A DNA stretch of 64,000 nt from the NCBI RefSeq assembly GCF_021869535.1, contig NW_026262734.1:26040001-26104000 (forward strand), in the 5' to 3' direction. Both the position numbers and the translations under genes were made by a program. Positions 24,050 through 37,477 of this stretch are shown in pieces (the stretch's first letter is position 1; the number at the start of each line of letters is the position of its first letter). The DNA comes from Mytilus californianus. Its lineage: Eukaryota. Below the pieces are notes generated by a model, which saw only the letters and a list, made by a program, of their open reading frames with translations, ran no database searches and had not been told where the DNA came from.

Positions 24050-25330
24050 AGACCATCATTTATTATTTATGAAGTTGATACGGAATATGTATCAACAAGG
24101 TCTTGGTATCTTCCAATAAATTTTTTTTTTTAGAAAAAGGACGAGGCGTTCTTTGCCATAACCCTGGTTCATCAACTTTCTGCTTTGACACTGTTAACAT
24201 TTTATAAAGTCTGAGTAGAGCTGCAAGCTCTTGAATACCGAATGAGTTGGGAAATGTATATCACATATGTAGTTGATGTTGCTATGTTGCTGCTAAGGTG
24301 GGAAAAATTTATAATTTCAACATTAAAATTGTCTCGTTTGTCATAGTTTCTGGTACCTGAGATGACCGCTTATGTGAAATTAGATGATCTGGTTCTTTGT
24401 TCATGTTGATTTTTACAAGTGTCTGAAGGAACTCTGACTCATATGTAAATAAGAAGAAGTCGGCAAGTAGAGGTGCACAGATCGTTCCCATAGGAATGCC
24501 AACAATGTGTTGAAAAATTCGACCTCCAAATTCAACAAATATATTGTCAATAAGAAAATCCAGCATGCTGATCACTTGTTGTTGTACGCATTGTAGCATG
24601 TTTTACCTTTCTTTTTCGCTATTAACAAAATATGCCGTACGGTATCCCAAAGCAATACATTTATAGCATATGCTACCATTCTTATATTGAAAAGCATTAT
24701 GGATGGGTTAATAGAATTAATTTTAGAGAAACATCGAGATTAAAAATTGTTCAGAATTTCTTTTGAGTTTTTAAAGAATCACATATGGTTAATACCACTA
24801 CGCGAGTAAGCAGTTTCACGGTATTTCTGAAGACCTTCTTCACTGCAGTTAGAATTTTTGTCATCTAATGTACAATTCCTTTGAAGAACATGCAGATTAG
24901 CCAGCAATAAACCGTTGTTTGTACGGAATTCTGTGAGGCTTAAGTATCCAATACAAACAAAGTAAGTCCTCAATATTCAATGTAATGTGCATTGAAGCCA
25001 TGAAGGACTTATGATCCGCCAAAATCTCACCCTTGTTAAATGATATGTTAAATTACCTGAGTGCTCATTTATTCCTAATTATTTTACAAGACAGTTGTAG
25101 TAGTTCGATTTACATACAAAAAACAAATACTATTTGACGCTTTGTCCGCAGGAACAAGGACAAACATATTTATCGTGAACAGATGATAGACTTTTCACAG
25201 CTTCATTATCTCTGAATACAGAATTTTCTCGATCGTTCACACAGTTTTCCAAATGACAACAATGAAAGGAACAAATTACTTGTAAAAGTAGGTTACATTT
25301 ATTGGACATAACTAAATTTCGTTTTGTCAA
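24050..25330 (-). mobile_element. Penelope-like retroelement RT remnant with stops and frameshifts
   Basis: SVHDKYV..AD, MLDFLIDNIFVEFGGRIFQHIVGIPMGTICAPLLADFFLFTYE and IINFSHLSSNI...RKLMNQG motifs occur in RT order. Confidence 0.8.
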
Positions 25331-25336
25331 ATTATA

Positions 25337-25673
25337 ATGAAAAACTAACCCTGTTCATTTCCCTATGCCTCTACCAATTACCAAAGCTTTTCAGTATGAG
25401 CTTTCATCTCAAATAGATTGATCAGATACCTAACGTCATGATTTGAAACGTAAATATATCAAAAGAGGACTTGGTTGTATTGTGTAACTGTAAATATTCA
25501 ATGAAAAAGTAACTCTGTTCATTTCCCTATGCCTCTACCAATTACCAAAGCTTTTCATTATGAACTTTCCTCTCAAATAGATTGATCAGAAGATACATAA
25601 CGTCATGATTTGAAACGTAATTATATCAAAAGAGGACTTGGTTGTATTATGTAACTGTGAATATTCAATGAAG
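25337..25673. repeat. 164-bp tandem duplication (2 copies)
   Basis: CTGTTCATTTCCCTATGCCTCTACCAATTACC...AAGAGGACTTGGTTGTATT repeats with period 164. Confidence 0.85.
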
Positions 25674-26074
25674 ACTCCAGACTCTTATCAAATTTACGTC
25701 TGCTTTCCATTCATGTTCTTCTTCATATATATTTTGGACCTCTTCACTGGTGCTATTAGAACCGCTAAGAATTTGTTATCTAATATTGAGGAAAAGCTTT
25801 TGATAATTACTATATCAGAAGTATTAAAACCTTTTTCGATGCTTTTGTTACACAACGTTCTTGTGACGTTCAGCGTGTCTCCGTTGACAGCTATGATTTA
25901 TCTTCTCTCTCAATTACAATACCAGGTATTTTTATCAAACACAAATTGTAGTACTTACTCAAAAATATGTTCGATAAATTTAAGCTTTATCTGTTTAGTC
26001 GTGACAATTCCTTTTTCAGTAAATAAAGAAACTTGCAAATACACTCATTATAGATACCAAGATTAAAACTGTGC

Positions 26075-26118
26075 ACACCAGACGCGTGTTTCGTTTACAA
26101 AAGATTCATCAGTGACGC
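26075..26118 (-). ncRNA. Hammerhead with intact core but imperfect stems II and III
   Basis: GCGUCA-CUGAUGA-AUCUUUUGUAAAC-GAAA-CACGCG-UC/UGGUGU. Confidence 0.55.
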
Positions 26119-29100
26119 TTGAATTATAAATATTAAAACGGCCACATAAAGTACAAAATAGAAGAGCACCGAGAACCCCAAATACTGAAAGGTTTTGCCA
26201 AATACAGCAAAGGTAATATATTCCTAGGGACGACAATCGTAAGTAATACGAAAAAGTAAAAGAATGTGCAAAAAAAAGATGCAAGCTATTTTTTGTAATG
26301 GTATTTATGTTCGATTTGGACATAAAGGCAGCAGTCAAGAGATTGGTACACCGATGGGGTCTAACTGTACCCTCATGTTGCAGATTTAATCTTTTACTGC
26401 ATTAATCAGTTTTTGTCATAACTTCATAAAAACACAACGAGACACCAGTTCATAAATAATTTTACTCTTTATTACGATATATTATTTGTAAACTGTCCAC
26501 AACTGTTTTTGCTTACATGTGAAATTTATTCATAAATATTCATGCTGACTTATTCAAACGTTAATAGTGACCATTGTCATTTGATAATTCCATATTGTTA
26601 TCTTCATTAAACACTTCCCTATAGTTAAGTTTCTTTTTGTTGAAGTTCACATTCCATTAGTTTCGTCTGATGAAACATACATTTCTGAGTTAGTTCGATA
26701 TATTAGTTTTTGCAGTGATGTCTGAATTTTCACTATACTTAAAACATATATGTACATAAATGAAAAAAAAACATGTTAGAGGTGAGATATTGATAACATA
26801 GATTAACCAAAACTTTTATAGAATGCTATCACATATATTGAGATTCATTGTCAATGTATGGTTTCGCCCGCAGGATTTAAATAAAAAGATTATTTTAATT
26901 TTTTTACGATGATATCATATAAAACGCGTACATGATAAGGATTTTTTTTTTTTTATTATCATTTTATTATTTTATTGACATGTTGATAGATTAATGATTG
27001 TACTGTAATGCAACCCTTCTTTGGGATTTGATGGGTTGAAAATTGAATGAAAGTTGATTATTTTCGATACGACTAAAATGTTGTTTTTTTTCTTCATTGA
27101 AAATATGCAGGTTTGTTCTGAGCATTACATTTGAACATCGCTAAATTATTGTCTCTTTTATCCTGAATATGTTTTTTATTTCGTACAAAACGATAGCCTA
27201 GTATCTTTGATGGTTTTTTTTGGGGGGGGGGGGTTCTTAATTGCACAATATCTATATAACAAACCTTTCTAGAAATGTGCATTCATAAATTTTTAAGTTA
27301 TAAAGAACCTAAGGTTTAAACTCCAGCCGCCAAAGTTGGTATTGGATATTAGTTTTATGTCCTCTTGGTCATAAAGCTCTTTATTGCTTCGGTTTTTATG
27401 CATCCTTGGCTTTCAAATTATGCATCCTTGGCTTTCAAATATTCAGCTTTGAGCGTTCCCGATGATGGCAAATTCAAAAAAGTGCTTTACACGCATGACA
27501 TTTATAAAGTGTTGATTTCATTTTTTAATCTTGTTTTGCTCTGTCTGAATGACACATCTCTGGCGTACAACAATCAATAGAAAGTGGACGGCTGCATGGT
27601 TCATATAAGTAGGTGAAGTAGTTTGAGCTTGCATTCAGTAACTGCGAGTATTTGGTTTTGTCATTTATTGAATTGTCTTGCTTATACTCGTGTTTTTTTT
27701 TATTACTTTAATAAAGAGTTGAGTGCTTTTCCTTTACACGTTGTTGCATCTTTTATATTTAACTGATTGACGTAAAAAAATGAAAGGTTATTATCCCCGC
27801 CACATGTGCTTTTCAAATGCAAGTAGCCCCATTAGAAGTTGTCTTTTGTTATTTATTGTTGCTTTTTTCAATTTATTTAAAGAAATGATTGTTAATGCCA
27901 CTTCTTGCTAGTCTCTTTTCAATGTCTTATTTTTTTCAGACTTTTTAGGCCCAGAGCAAATTAAACCTTAACAAAAAGCCTTGTCATCTGTCTACTTTTA
28001 AAGATTGTATGTTGACCTCCTGATTTTAACTTTTTTGTGTGGTTTAGATGCTTTTTCATTGAAGTATTCCAAAAACGATAAGATAGCAAATTAATTGATT
28101 TATTACGCTAATCATCCAATTACCACACACTTAATTTAAATGAAGAAATGTTATAAAAAATAAGGGAGCGTCTGATACCAAAAATTGAAAAGGGCAGACG
28201 ATACAATGACCAATATAAAAAATATAAACGATGAACACTACCCGTAAAGATTGTATTGAGACACTTATCAAGACTGGTGAAAAAAACTTTGTCGAAATCG
28301 AAAGTAATTGCCCCTAACTCGAGCAATCAAGAGCCATTGGTGTTTCTGCCCTACCATATGACAGATGTGTTCTCTTCGTTTCCGTTGGTTGAAAAAGTGA
28401 AACGTTTGATTTTGTCAGTTTGTATGGACTTCTTCCTTTTTCAATTTTCCTTGGAGTTCGTTTTTTTTTTTGCTATACTTTTTTCGCTCAATACGTGTTT
28501 CCCATGAGAAACAAATATTGATTATCAATAAAATGTTATTTTGGGATTCGATAAACGAAACATTTCAAAATTATTTATGGTACATGTGTATCGTTTTTGC
28601 CAACTAAGTCATGTTTTAGGCTAATTGTTTGCTTAAATAAAAAGAGGCAGAAAGTACCAGTTGGACGTTCAGAGGTCTTGAGAAACTGACAACACCATGG
28701 CAAAATATGAAAGCCGACGAAGAGATAAGCAAGATCTCAAAACACTAAACAGAAAACTAAAGACTGAGCAGCATCAGCCCTACCAAAAACTGGGAGTGAT
28801 CTTTTTATCCAATTCATCATATTTATAAACGTTGCAAAAATGTAGTATTAAACTAACATGACAAGGACACGGTTTAATTTCCAAACTTATTTACATGTAC
28901 ACGAACAATACCGGGAAGTCTTTTGTTTTTGTGTTTTTGTGTTGCTATTTCATTGACTAATTGTTTTATTACTACCAGGTACACTACAACAAAATACACG
29001 TGTTGAGTGTCAAAAACAAAAGGATTTAAGAAAACTGTTAGATTTTTCTTCTAGCTATTAATTTTATATATCGTAATGCCTCATTACATGTGTTTACGTT

Positions 29101-29368
29101 CGAGAATATTCGCAAGGGACACATGTGGTATACATTAGAGAGATAACTTTTAAATGATTTTAAAAACGGGAAATAACTTTTTATTCTTTACAAAACAACT
29201 TCACATTTTTTAAACGAAAATAAGTAATAACAAATGCATCTGACATAAACACTTATTTTTTACAGCAACTGGTGCAAAATAAAATTAATCTGTCATATAA
29301 GGGTTCCTTTTTGTAATGATAAATAGGGGGTATTTTATGCGAAATCCGATTCATTTTTGTATATATAT

Positions 29369-29528
29369 AGATTCTTACATTGATACCAGTGGATTATCGG
29401 ATTTATCCAATCGAGATAGTTAAATTATCAATTTTAAAGTCCGAGCCTCGGCGAGGACTTTAAAATTTATAATTTAACTATCGAGATTGGATAAATCCGA
29501 TAATCCACGAGTAACTATGTGAGAATCT
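29369..29528. mobile_element. Foldback (palindromic) MITE, ~160 bp
   Basis: 54-bp arms GTGGATTATCGGATTTATCCAAT...AAAGTCC / GGACTTT...ATTGGATAAATCCGATAATCCAC with 3 mismatches; outer AGATTCT/AGAATCT. Confidence 0.8.
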
Positions 29529-31382
29529 GTTTCTCTAATGATTAAAAAATAAATTTTCCTTTTTTGCTAAACTAAAATCCCCTTCGAGTGCCTTCCACTT
29601 TCCATAAAGTTGTCAATTTCATTAACACCTGTTAGTATATTTTGATGCATCCAGTGAGCTGAGAAAGGTTATGACCCTTAAACTCATCCAATCATCTTCT
29701 GAGATCACTGGCAACCACACGTTGATTAAATTTTTTTATACAATGGGTTCGGAAAGGGATAAATTTCCATAGAATTAGAGAAATATATATAAACGATTTC
29801 ATATTTGTAGATGCAGAAAAAATATTGTATTTTTGAATAAGGTCAGACATTTGTCATATTGCAGTGTTAATATAATATTATTATATATGTAAATTTCTTG
29901 GTATTCCTAAACGGAAGATTTTATACACACAGAAGAAGAAGTATACTTAACAACAAAATTATTTTCATTTACCTGTGTATAATATGATGCAGGTTTCTAC
30001 AAAAGTGATGATTTTCTAAACATTGTTTGAAATTTCACAGTGATATCATACTTTAACTTTGTTTGAACCTGTTTATTTACTTTTGACTTTAATTATTTAT
30101 CCCTTGTAATTTTTTATTAACTGTGTATTTGCATTCAGGTGTCACATGTCAAATTTATTCGTTCATTGTGTGTTAATTTAAGTTTTTTGATTGAGTTATG
30201 CCTTCCAATTGATATTTTATAGTGTGTTTTTTTTCTATGTTGTGATGTTATACTATTGTTTCAGAAAAGGGAGAAGGTTTGGTACCACTAAAACGTTTAA
30301 TCCCGCTGAAAATGTGTGCACCTGTCATAAGTCAGGAATCTGATTACAGTAGTTGTCGTCTGTTTATGTAGTTCATACGTGTTTCTCGTTTCTCGTTTTT
30401 ATATAGATTAGACCGTTGGTTTTTCCGTTTGAATGGTTTTACACTAGTAATTTTTTTTGGGGCCCTTTATAGCTTGCTGTTTGGTGTGAGCCAATGCTCC
30501 GTGTTGAAGGCCGTACCTTGACCTATAATGGTTTACTTTAATAAATTGTAAGTTGGATGGAGAGTTGTCTCATTGGCACTCATACCAAATCTTCCTATAT
30601 CTATTTGAAATATAAATTGTCTGAGTAGTAAAACGTACGTTTGTTATGTGCCAGAATAAATTGAATGAAAAATCTAATGTTATTTATTCCATTTAATTTT
30701 CTATCTTTATCGAAATTTATAAAATAGTTTCTAAACTGCGGATATCAAGTGCTATGAAGTATGATAAGTATTTAAAAACACGAGCATTGTTTCAGATTTA
30801 TTCAAGATTAAAGGGGGGAATTTACGATTAAGTAACAATCACGGGCAAATTTGTATCAATCGTTTTCATAAATTCATTCCAAGTTTCTAGGTTACTTTGA
30901 TTATTTCATTTCTTGATGACACTTATCATAACAAACTCGTTACTACCAGTAAGAGTTACCTTCCCTAATCTCAGATCTTCCTCCTAATCCTGAGGCGAGG
31001 TTAAAATAGTTTGGCGGTTTTTGGATTTTTATGAATTTGTATGCATTTAGAACTCGTTGAATTGCATTTGAGTTTTGACAAAATATCGTATTCAAGAGAT
31101 AAATCTATTTCACAAATTTGTAATATATTTTATATTTTTGGAAGAAATAGTGCTTTGAATATATTTTCTATTGTTAGATGAATTCAAAATTAAACGATTA
31201 TACTAAATATTGTGAAAATATATATTCGGTGTAACACGGCCTGACTTATATTGATCTTGGATTCAGTAATCGTAAAAGCTTCAAATATTGATAGAAGTTT
31301 GTTTAAAGTAAAGTCTATTTAATGTCTTTATACTCATAAGATGTTGAACTTTTGTAGTTACTAAAATCCCATCCCCTTTACC

Positions 31383-31672
31383 CCGAATGTGACCTACCGA
31401 ATTTGACTTTTCGCCGGGTTTGCACTTACATGAGCAACACGACGAGTGCCACATGTGGATTAGGATCTGCTTACCAAACCGGAGAATTTAAGATCACCAC
31501 CAGTTTTTTATGGGGTTCGTGTTATTCAGTCTTTTGTTTTCTATGTTGCGTTTTGTGTATTGTTGTTTGTCTGTTTCTCTTTTTCTTTTTTAGCCATCGT
31601 GTTGTCAGTTTATTTTCGACTTATGAGTTTGAATGTCCCTTTGGTATGTTTTGCCTTTCTTTTTCGGACATG
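31383..31672 (+). repeat. 3' end of a Penelope-like element (ACATGAG.AACACGACG..GGATCTGCTTACC family)
   Basis: Homologous copies at ~28640-28800 (-), 34880-35210 (-), 40965-41370 (-) and 59000-59170 (+); the longer copies include RKFY..HHELVDRYG. Confidence 0.7.
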
Positions 31673-32554
31673 TTTTCCCTTTCTATGCCATCACAGCAGA
31701 TTTTCCAAATGCTTCGAAAAAGTTGAAATATGTATAATCGTCCCTATGTTGTAGGGCTTTTAGGTGTCAATATTTCGTTTTATACTTTCGTGTTGATAAA
31801 AGGAAAACTAACATTAAAAAAAAAGATTATTGATTATTATAATGCATCCCTTCGCCGACATCACAATATGTGAGGAGACCTTATCAAGCTTACATTCGTA
31901 AAGTGTAAAACGTGTAACGGAGGAGGGACTAGTTATAGACCGATAAACAGATTATCAAGTTAACAACGTATAGATATCGTAAAATACCAACCGCTCGACA
32001 CAATGTGAAAAGTTGCTGGCGGCTGATATTTTACGATATCAATGTGTAGAGCACCCGATAACCTATACGTATCGAGCTGTTTGGCATCATGTTGGTATTT
32101 AATTAGAATAAATTCTAATGCCTGTTGATTGAAATTTTTATATATAATGTCAATTTAGTATTATCATTATGTGTTTTATCTCCATGATTGTTTATATAAC
32201 TACATTTAGTGATTTTTAGTAAATAATCAGTGAATATACTGATTGTTATGAAACAAAATGAATATACTATGAAAGCCTGGTTTCTATTTGGTTAAACATC
32301 TTTTTGTTAGGACTTTTGCTCATATTTCTATTCATTCATGAATAAAATTTACCGAATTTTGAAAGATTTGTAAAATTTTACTATTTTGCAATTTCAAGGG
32401 CCAAAAAGTGACTCTCATGATAGCAACACCTTAATTTTAAGAATGAGTGTTGTTCGTTTTCTTCCAAATGCTGTTTATCAACCGGTTATAATTAAAAATG
32501 ACAGTTTAATTATTACAACATACAATAGTCTTACAGTCTTCCTTCAGAAAAACC

Positions 32555-32672
32555 ATGAAGCCAACAATAGTGACTATATGTTGTCTTGTGCTGATAAATC
32601 TCATTTCTGAGGCCTATGGATGCGCATGTGCTCTTGAGACTAATAAACAGAAGTACTGTAGATCTACTATAG
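32555..32672 (+). CDS. TIMP: TIMP-like gene C, coding exon 1 (signal peptide plus CAC N-terminus)
   Basis: MKPTIVTICCLVLINLISEAYG/CACALETNKQKYCRSTI; 118 nt as in gene B; G|GTAAAC donor. Confidence 0.88.
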
Positions 32673-32789
32673 GTAAACCAAATCATACATAAGTAAGATA
32701 TGAAAAATAATTCAAAGTCCTAAATTTCTCCTCCAATGGAAAAAGTGACTAATCAGAATTGTACAAAACGCTAAACAGTATAATTTGGG

Positions 32790-32821
<32 letters not shown>

Positions 32822-33147
32822 CAAAAACAATATACAGTAATACAAATAAAGGATAAACAAGAAAAACGGGAACTTATATCACTGTACTTGTCTCCTTTAA
32901 AAAGAAATAAGGTTTTTTATTTACAGTATATATCATTACTAAACACTTACGGGGAAAACAATAAAACACTTTTATTGTATTTATGCTAATCTAATTTCTG
33001 CGAATGCTGGAAGTTTGATAAAAGACTTATTATTCTTTCTTGTTTGTTATCCGATTATGCACCATTTAGGAGTAAACAAATGCTTGTTCGGCTTAGAGTT
33101 TAGCCGATGAAAGTGACGTGTCTTCATATTCTCTATATGAGGTAGCT

Positions 33148-36100
33148 CTACTGTGTATCATCACCACCGGACAAGAAACGGTGGAAAAAATAAATGTGAA
33201 GTCAGGTAAGGTCAAATTCTTCTTATTTTCTTTATATTCTACTTTTTTCTGACAAGAAAAGTTTTGTGATACTGATTCCTAATGATGTAGCTACTATTTA
33301 TGGCTGATTATAATCGCTAATTGGCTTTCTCTCTCTTCAAATCGGCAGAATCGGACCGGGTGGTACCTGTTTACGAAGCATGTGAAGATAGGCGAGTGAC
33401 TTATTTCAAAAAGACGCTTAGTTAACGACTTTAATGCACCCACCTAACACACGGCTGTATTATATATCATTCGAAAGCTAATAATCTATACTTTCTGTTT
33501 TGTCCGGTCGTAAAAAAAATCATACGGTGCATTTTCTGTTAAATCAAGGTCGAAGGTCATGAAAAAACATTCCAATTTTTGCGATTACTAAACAAAAAGC
33601 CATTTTCTAATTTTTGTACCATAAAATTTTTCAAAAGATCATATGAACTTTATATAACATAATACATTATTTCCAAACAAACAAAAAATAAGAGGTTATA
33701 TGCGCAATATTTCCCGAAAATTGAAATTCATCACAAATCCTTAACAAATGAAAAATTGTTCCAAAAGCAAAATATATCTAGGGGGATCGATATTTGTATG
33801 CTAAAAAATAGATAAATAATATTTTTTAGGTCAAGGAATATTTGTTTTGTAATTTTAAGATGCAATTATTAATTATTGTTCATAGAACAGCCTTCTATTG
33901 AAGTGTTTGTAGTTGCCCAAAAATCTGCCATCTGCAAATAGCGATCATTTTGTTATTCTATGTTAAGATAGCACATCGCCAATTGTCAATATCAGGGAGG
34001 AGAATGATTTTCCATAATAAAAGAAGGGGTATTTAAAGTTCGAAAAGAATACATACGAGCTAATTGAGATAAAAATATGTTTTTTACGAAGTCAGACTTA
34101 TTTACTTTTTTTAATCATGTTTAAATGCAAACATGGCAACATTGAAATAAGTAACCTTGTTTAGAAACACTTGGTTGTCTAAAGCGGGATGTAAACGAAC
34201 TACATATAATGCTGCTGCTTCTTATTTAGTTTAAAATCGTGTTAGACATATTAAATGTGTTTAGAAGTTTAATCTCTTTAATTATTTGAATAAAAGATGC
34301 TTCTATATATCTTTATTCTCACATACCAAATTTCAAAGGTATAGAGATAGGATTGAGTATTTTCAACATATGCTTTTAAAATACAAATGCAGGTCATTGT
34401 GTATGTAAAACACTATAAGCAGTTGTGAAATAAAAAAATGAAAAAGTTGAATACCTTCCTGACCTCATAAAATCATTCGCTGTTTTAGGCAGTGATCGTT
34501 TTCATGATGTGCTGTGTTTTGTGGACTGTTGTTCGTCACTTGGACTTTAATTTGATTTTGTTCATGGTTTCAATTAAGTTTATTTGATTCATGGTTTGAG
34601 ATGTTGATTGTCCCTTTGGTATTATTTCACTTTAAAGATAAAAACTTGCAGTAATGAAAATCGGCAAAAAAATCGCCTCAAAGTAAAGTGAAGAAGGTTA
34701 ACGCAATAAGACAAATATCCGCGAAAATAACTTAATTTGCTCACGGTGATATATATATAGAACCAAATCGTTATCATGATACATTTAACTACAATGATCT
34801 ACAATTTTTAAAACTTTTACTACTTGAAGAGTGACGAAATATATCATAGGGACATCAAACTCATAATTGAAAACGAACTGACAAAGCCGGGCAAAAAACG
34901 AACAAGACAAGCAACAGTATACAAAACACAACATATAAAACTACAGATTGAGTAACACAAACCCCCTTAAAAATATTTGGGGTGAACTCAGGGGCTCCAA
35001 AAGGGTGAGCAGATCATGTTCCACATGTGACACCCGTTTTGTGGCTCGTGTAATTCCTACCTCGGTGCCAAGCCTTATTCGGTAGGTGACATTCAAGGCA
35101 GAAATGACGGTTTTTTGGTTACGTCGATTGGAACTTATCAGTCGTCATCTGGCAAAACAGATATTTCATAATTGTCAACCAACTCGTAGTGGCGTCCATA
35201 AAATTTTCAAAGGGATGATTTCAACTTTGCATTTGAACTCTGGCTTGAAACCATGTTCAAACCACCATTTTTCTTCAAATTCCTGTACCAAGTCAGCCAT
35301 ATGGCAGTTGGTATCGAATATTCTGTTTCTTTGTATGTTAATGTTTGTTTTTGTAGCAGTTCAGTGTTTCTGTTATTCCGTTGTGTTCCTCTTATAGTTG
35401 ATGCGTTTCCCACGGTTTTGGTTTGTGACCCGGATTTATTTGTTTCAGTTACTAGTGAATCGATTGATGACTATTGAATAGCGGTACACTATAGTTGCCC
35501 TTATTTAATATCTTCATTGTGAGCAGTTACGCACTATCACGACAATCGTGAAAGTAAATGCAAGCTCTGGAATATTGTATCAACTTGTACTCCACAAGAA
35601 GATGCCGCGAAATCGCGTTACAATTGGGCAAGTGTTGAAATAAGGAGTTTTATTTAGTTTTGCGGGCAGAACGTCGACTGAGCATGCAAAGACAAATTTA
35701 GGAAATGCAAAACCCTACATTTATACGTCATATCATAAATATTCCGACTTGTTATTGTTTCGGAGGAGTTGAGGCTCAATGAAATCGGTCTCCTCCTTTA
35801 ATAGTATAGATATATAGTTGCTATAATTGCTTCATAGAAATGAAAAGTTTATAATAGGTTAGTAAGGAATGTTTTTATGGGTTGATTTATGCTCATCTCT
35901 TTTGTCGTAAAACTTGTTCTCCACCAAGCCTCATCGTCGATTTCAAGATAAGTGGTAGAGTAAACTATATCTGTTGAGTCTTTTTTTTTTATTTCAATGG
36001 AAAATACGGGTCCAACATTGTGACAAATTTAGCACTATTCAGCGAGATGACATCATCTATATAGTGGAAAGTGAAGTTTCAAGATAATGGTAGCTTCTTT

Positions 36101-37477
36101 TCAGTCGTCATCAGAAGCTCTTGCATGAAGTCATCCTTGTATGAAAAATGAGCTAGTCATTCAAGCTATTCAGAAAGTCTAGTTGTAACTAGAATCGTTG
36201 CGTATTAATGGATTGTTTTCTTCAAAATAATTCTTATTTGATAAATTAATGCATTTAAACAATGAACAACGCAATTTAAGCAATCCAGAAGTCGAGTTTT
36301 ATAATGTGTTTACTGGTTTTTAAATTCTTTTAAATTTCAATTTTCATCAATTTAATTTTTTTATTTTTGTCTAAATTTTCAATTTATTTTTTATAGTTCA
36401 CATTAAATAAATAAAAGGTCTTTTCACTACATCAATATTCATAATGAAGCTACAAATCAAACAATTAGAAAAGTCAAAAGATGTTTATTTCAGTCTGGTA
36501 GTTACAATGCAGATTACAATCTCTTAGTTTCGCCCCCTTTATTTCAAGCAATAGTATGATTCGCACACATATTTTTTTACTTTAAATTTTTCAGATTCCT
36601 AAGAATTTGTTTATTAAATCTTATATTGACCACATACAATGTTTAAATAGGAAGAAATGTTTAAAAGCTGTTTTTTCGCAGATGGCGGTATTTTGGGTAA
36701 CTGCATGAGTTGTTATGATTTGCTGTTTGATTAGAAGTAAGCATAATTTTAGGAAATTTATCATGTCAAAAACTTCTTTGATAGTTATTACAAGGTTTTA
36801 CTTAGTTTTAAGTGATTAGCAGTTGCATCAGAAAGAACAATTTGGGTTTCCACACATTTTGTTAACTTTTACTCGAATTTCAGGAAACATGATCTGTCTA
36901 TCAAAAACACGTTTTAAATATTTTAACATGCATTTGATTAATGACCGTTAATCTCTCTGCTAAAAGTTTAAATGGTTTGCATATGTGAATTTAGTATATA
37001 AAAGTCATATTATGCAATCAAGCTGAAATCTTAGAAAATATGCACTTATTCGTCCTTGGCCTTTGATCTTGATTTGACGGAAATTGCACCGTTCGATTTT
37101 TTTACGACCGGGCAAAACAGATAGTACAGATGAGTAGCTTTCAAATTATATATAATTTAGCCGTGTGTTAGGTGGGTGCATTAAAAATTTAATTTTATGG
37201 TTAAAGTCACTCGCCTCAGAGTCCAAGCTTGTTAAAACACATTTATCCTTCAGCTAACCATTTGACGTTTTCGTAGGACAAAGTTATATCATATTTAAGC
37301 TTGAACATCACTGTATGTCGAAATAAACTATTGCTTTCATAGAAATTAATGTAAATAAAGTGGATAAATTGTAGGGCGATTAGTATTTTACTGTACGGAG
37401 AATAGAATAGATACTTTTTGCTATCATTGTTTCTTTGCTTCGGGGGTACCTTTATCCGGTGGTGATGTTACACAGTG
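33148..37477. mobile_element. ~4.3-kb non-autonomous TIR DNA transposon in gene C intron 1 (CAC-type end, AGCT 4-bp target duplication)
   Basis: AGCT|CTACTGTGTATCATCACCACCGGA ... TCCGGTGGTGATGTTACACAGTG|AGCT; long inverted subterminal homology between 33385-33560 and 37060-37215. Confidence 0.7.
35880..36000 (-). mobile_element. Penelope-like RT fragment nested in the TIR element
   Basis: With a frameshift it reads YLEIDDE...RT..YDKRD, like LEID.EGRLRTKLYDKRD. Confidence 0.55.

Noticed and set aside
25638-26066. 142-aa ORF
   Set aside because: Low-complexity hydrophobic composition typical of AT-rich DNA; it starts within a tandem duplication and has no motif.
31403-31754. Phe/Leu/Cys-rich membrane-like ORFs (also 15490, 23780, 40923)
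   Set aside because: They are readings of T-rich tails of interspersed repeats.
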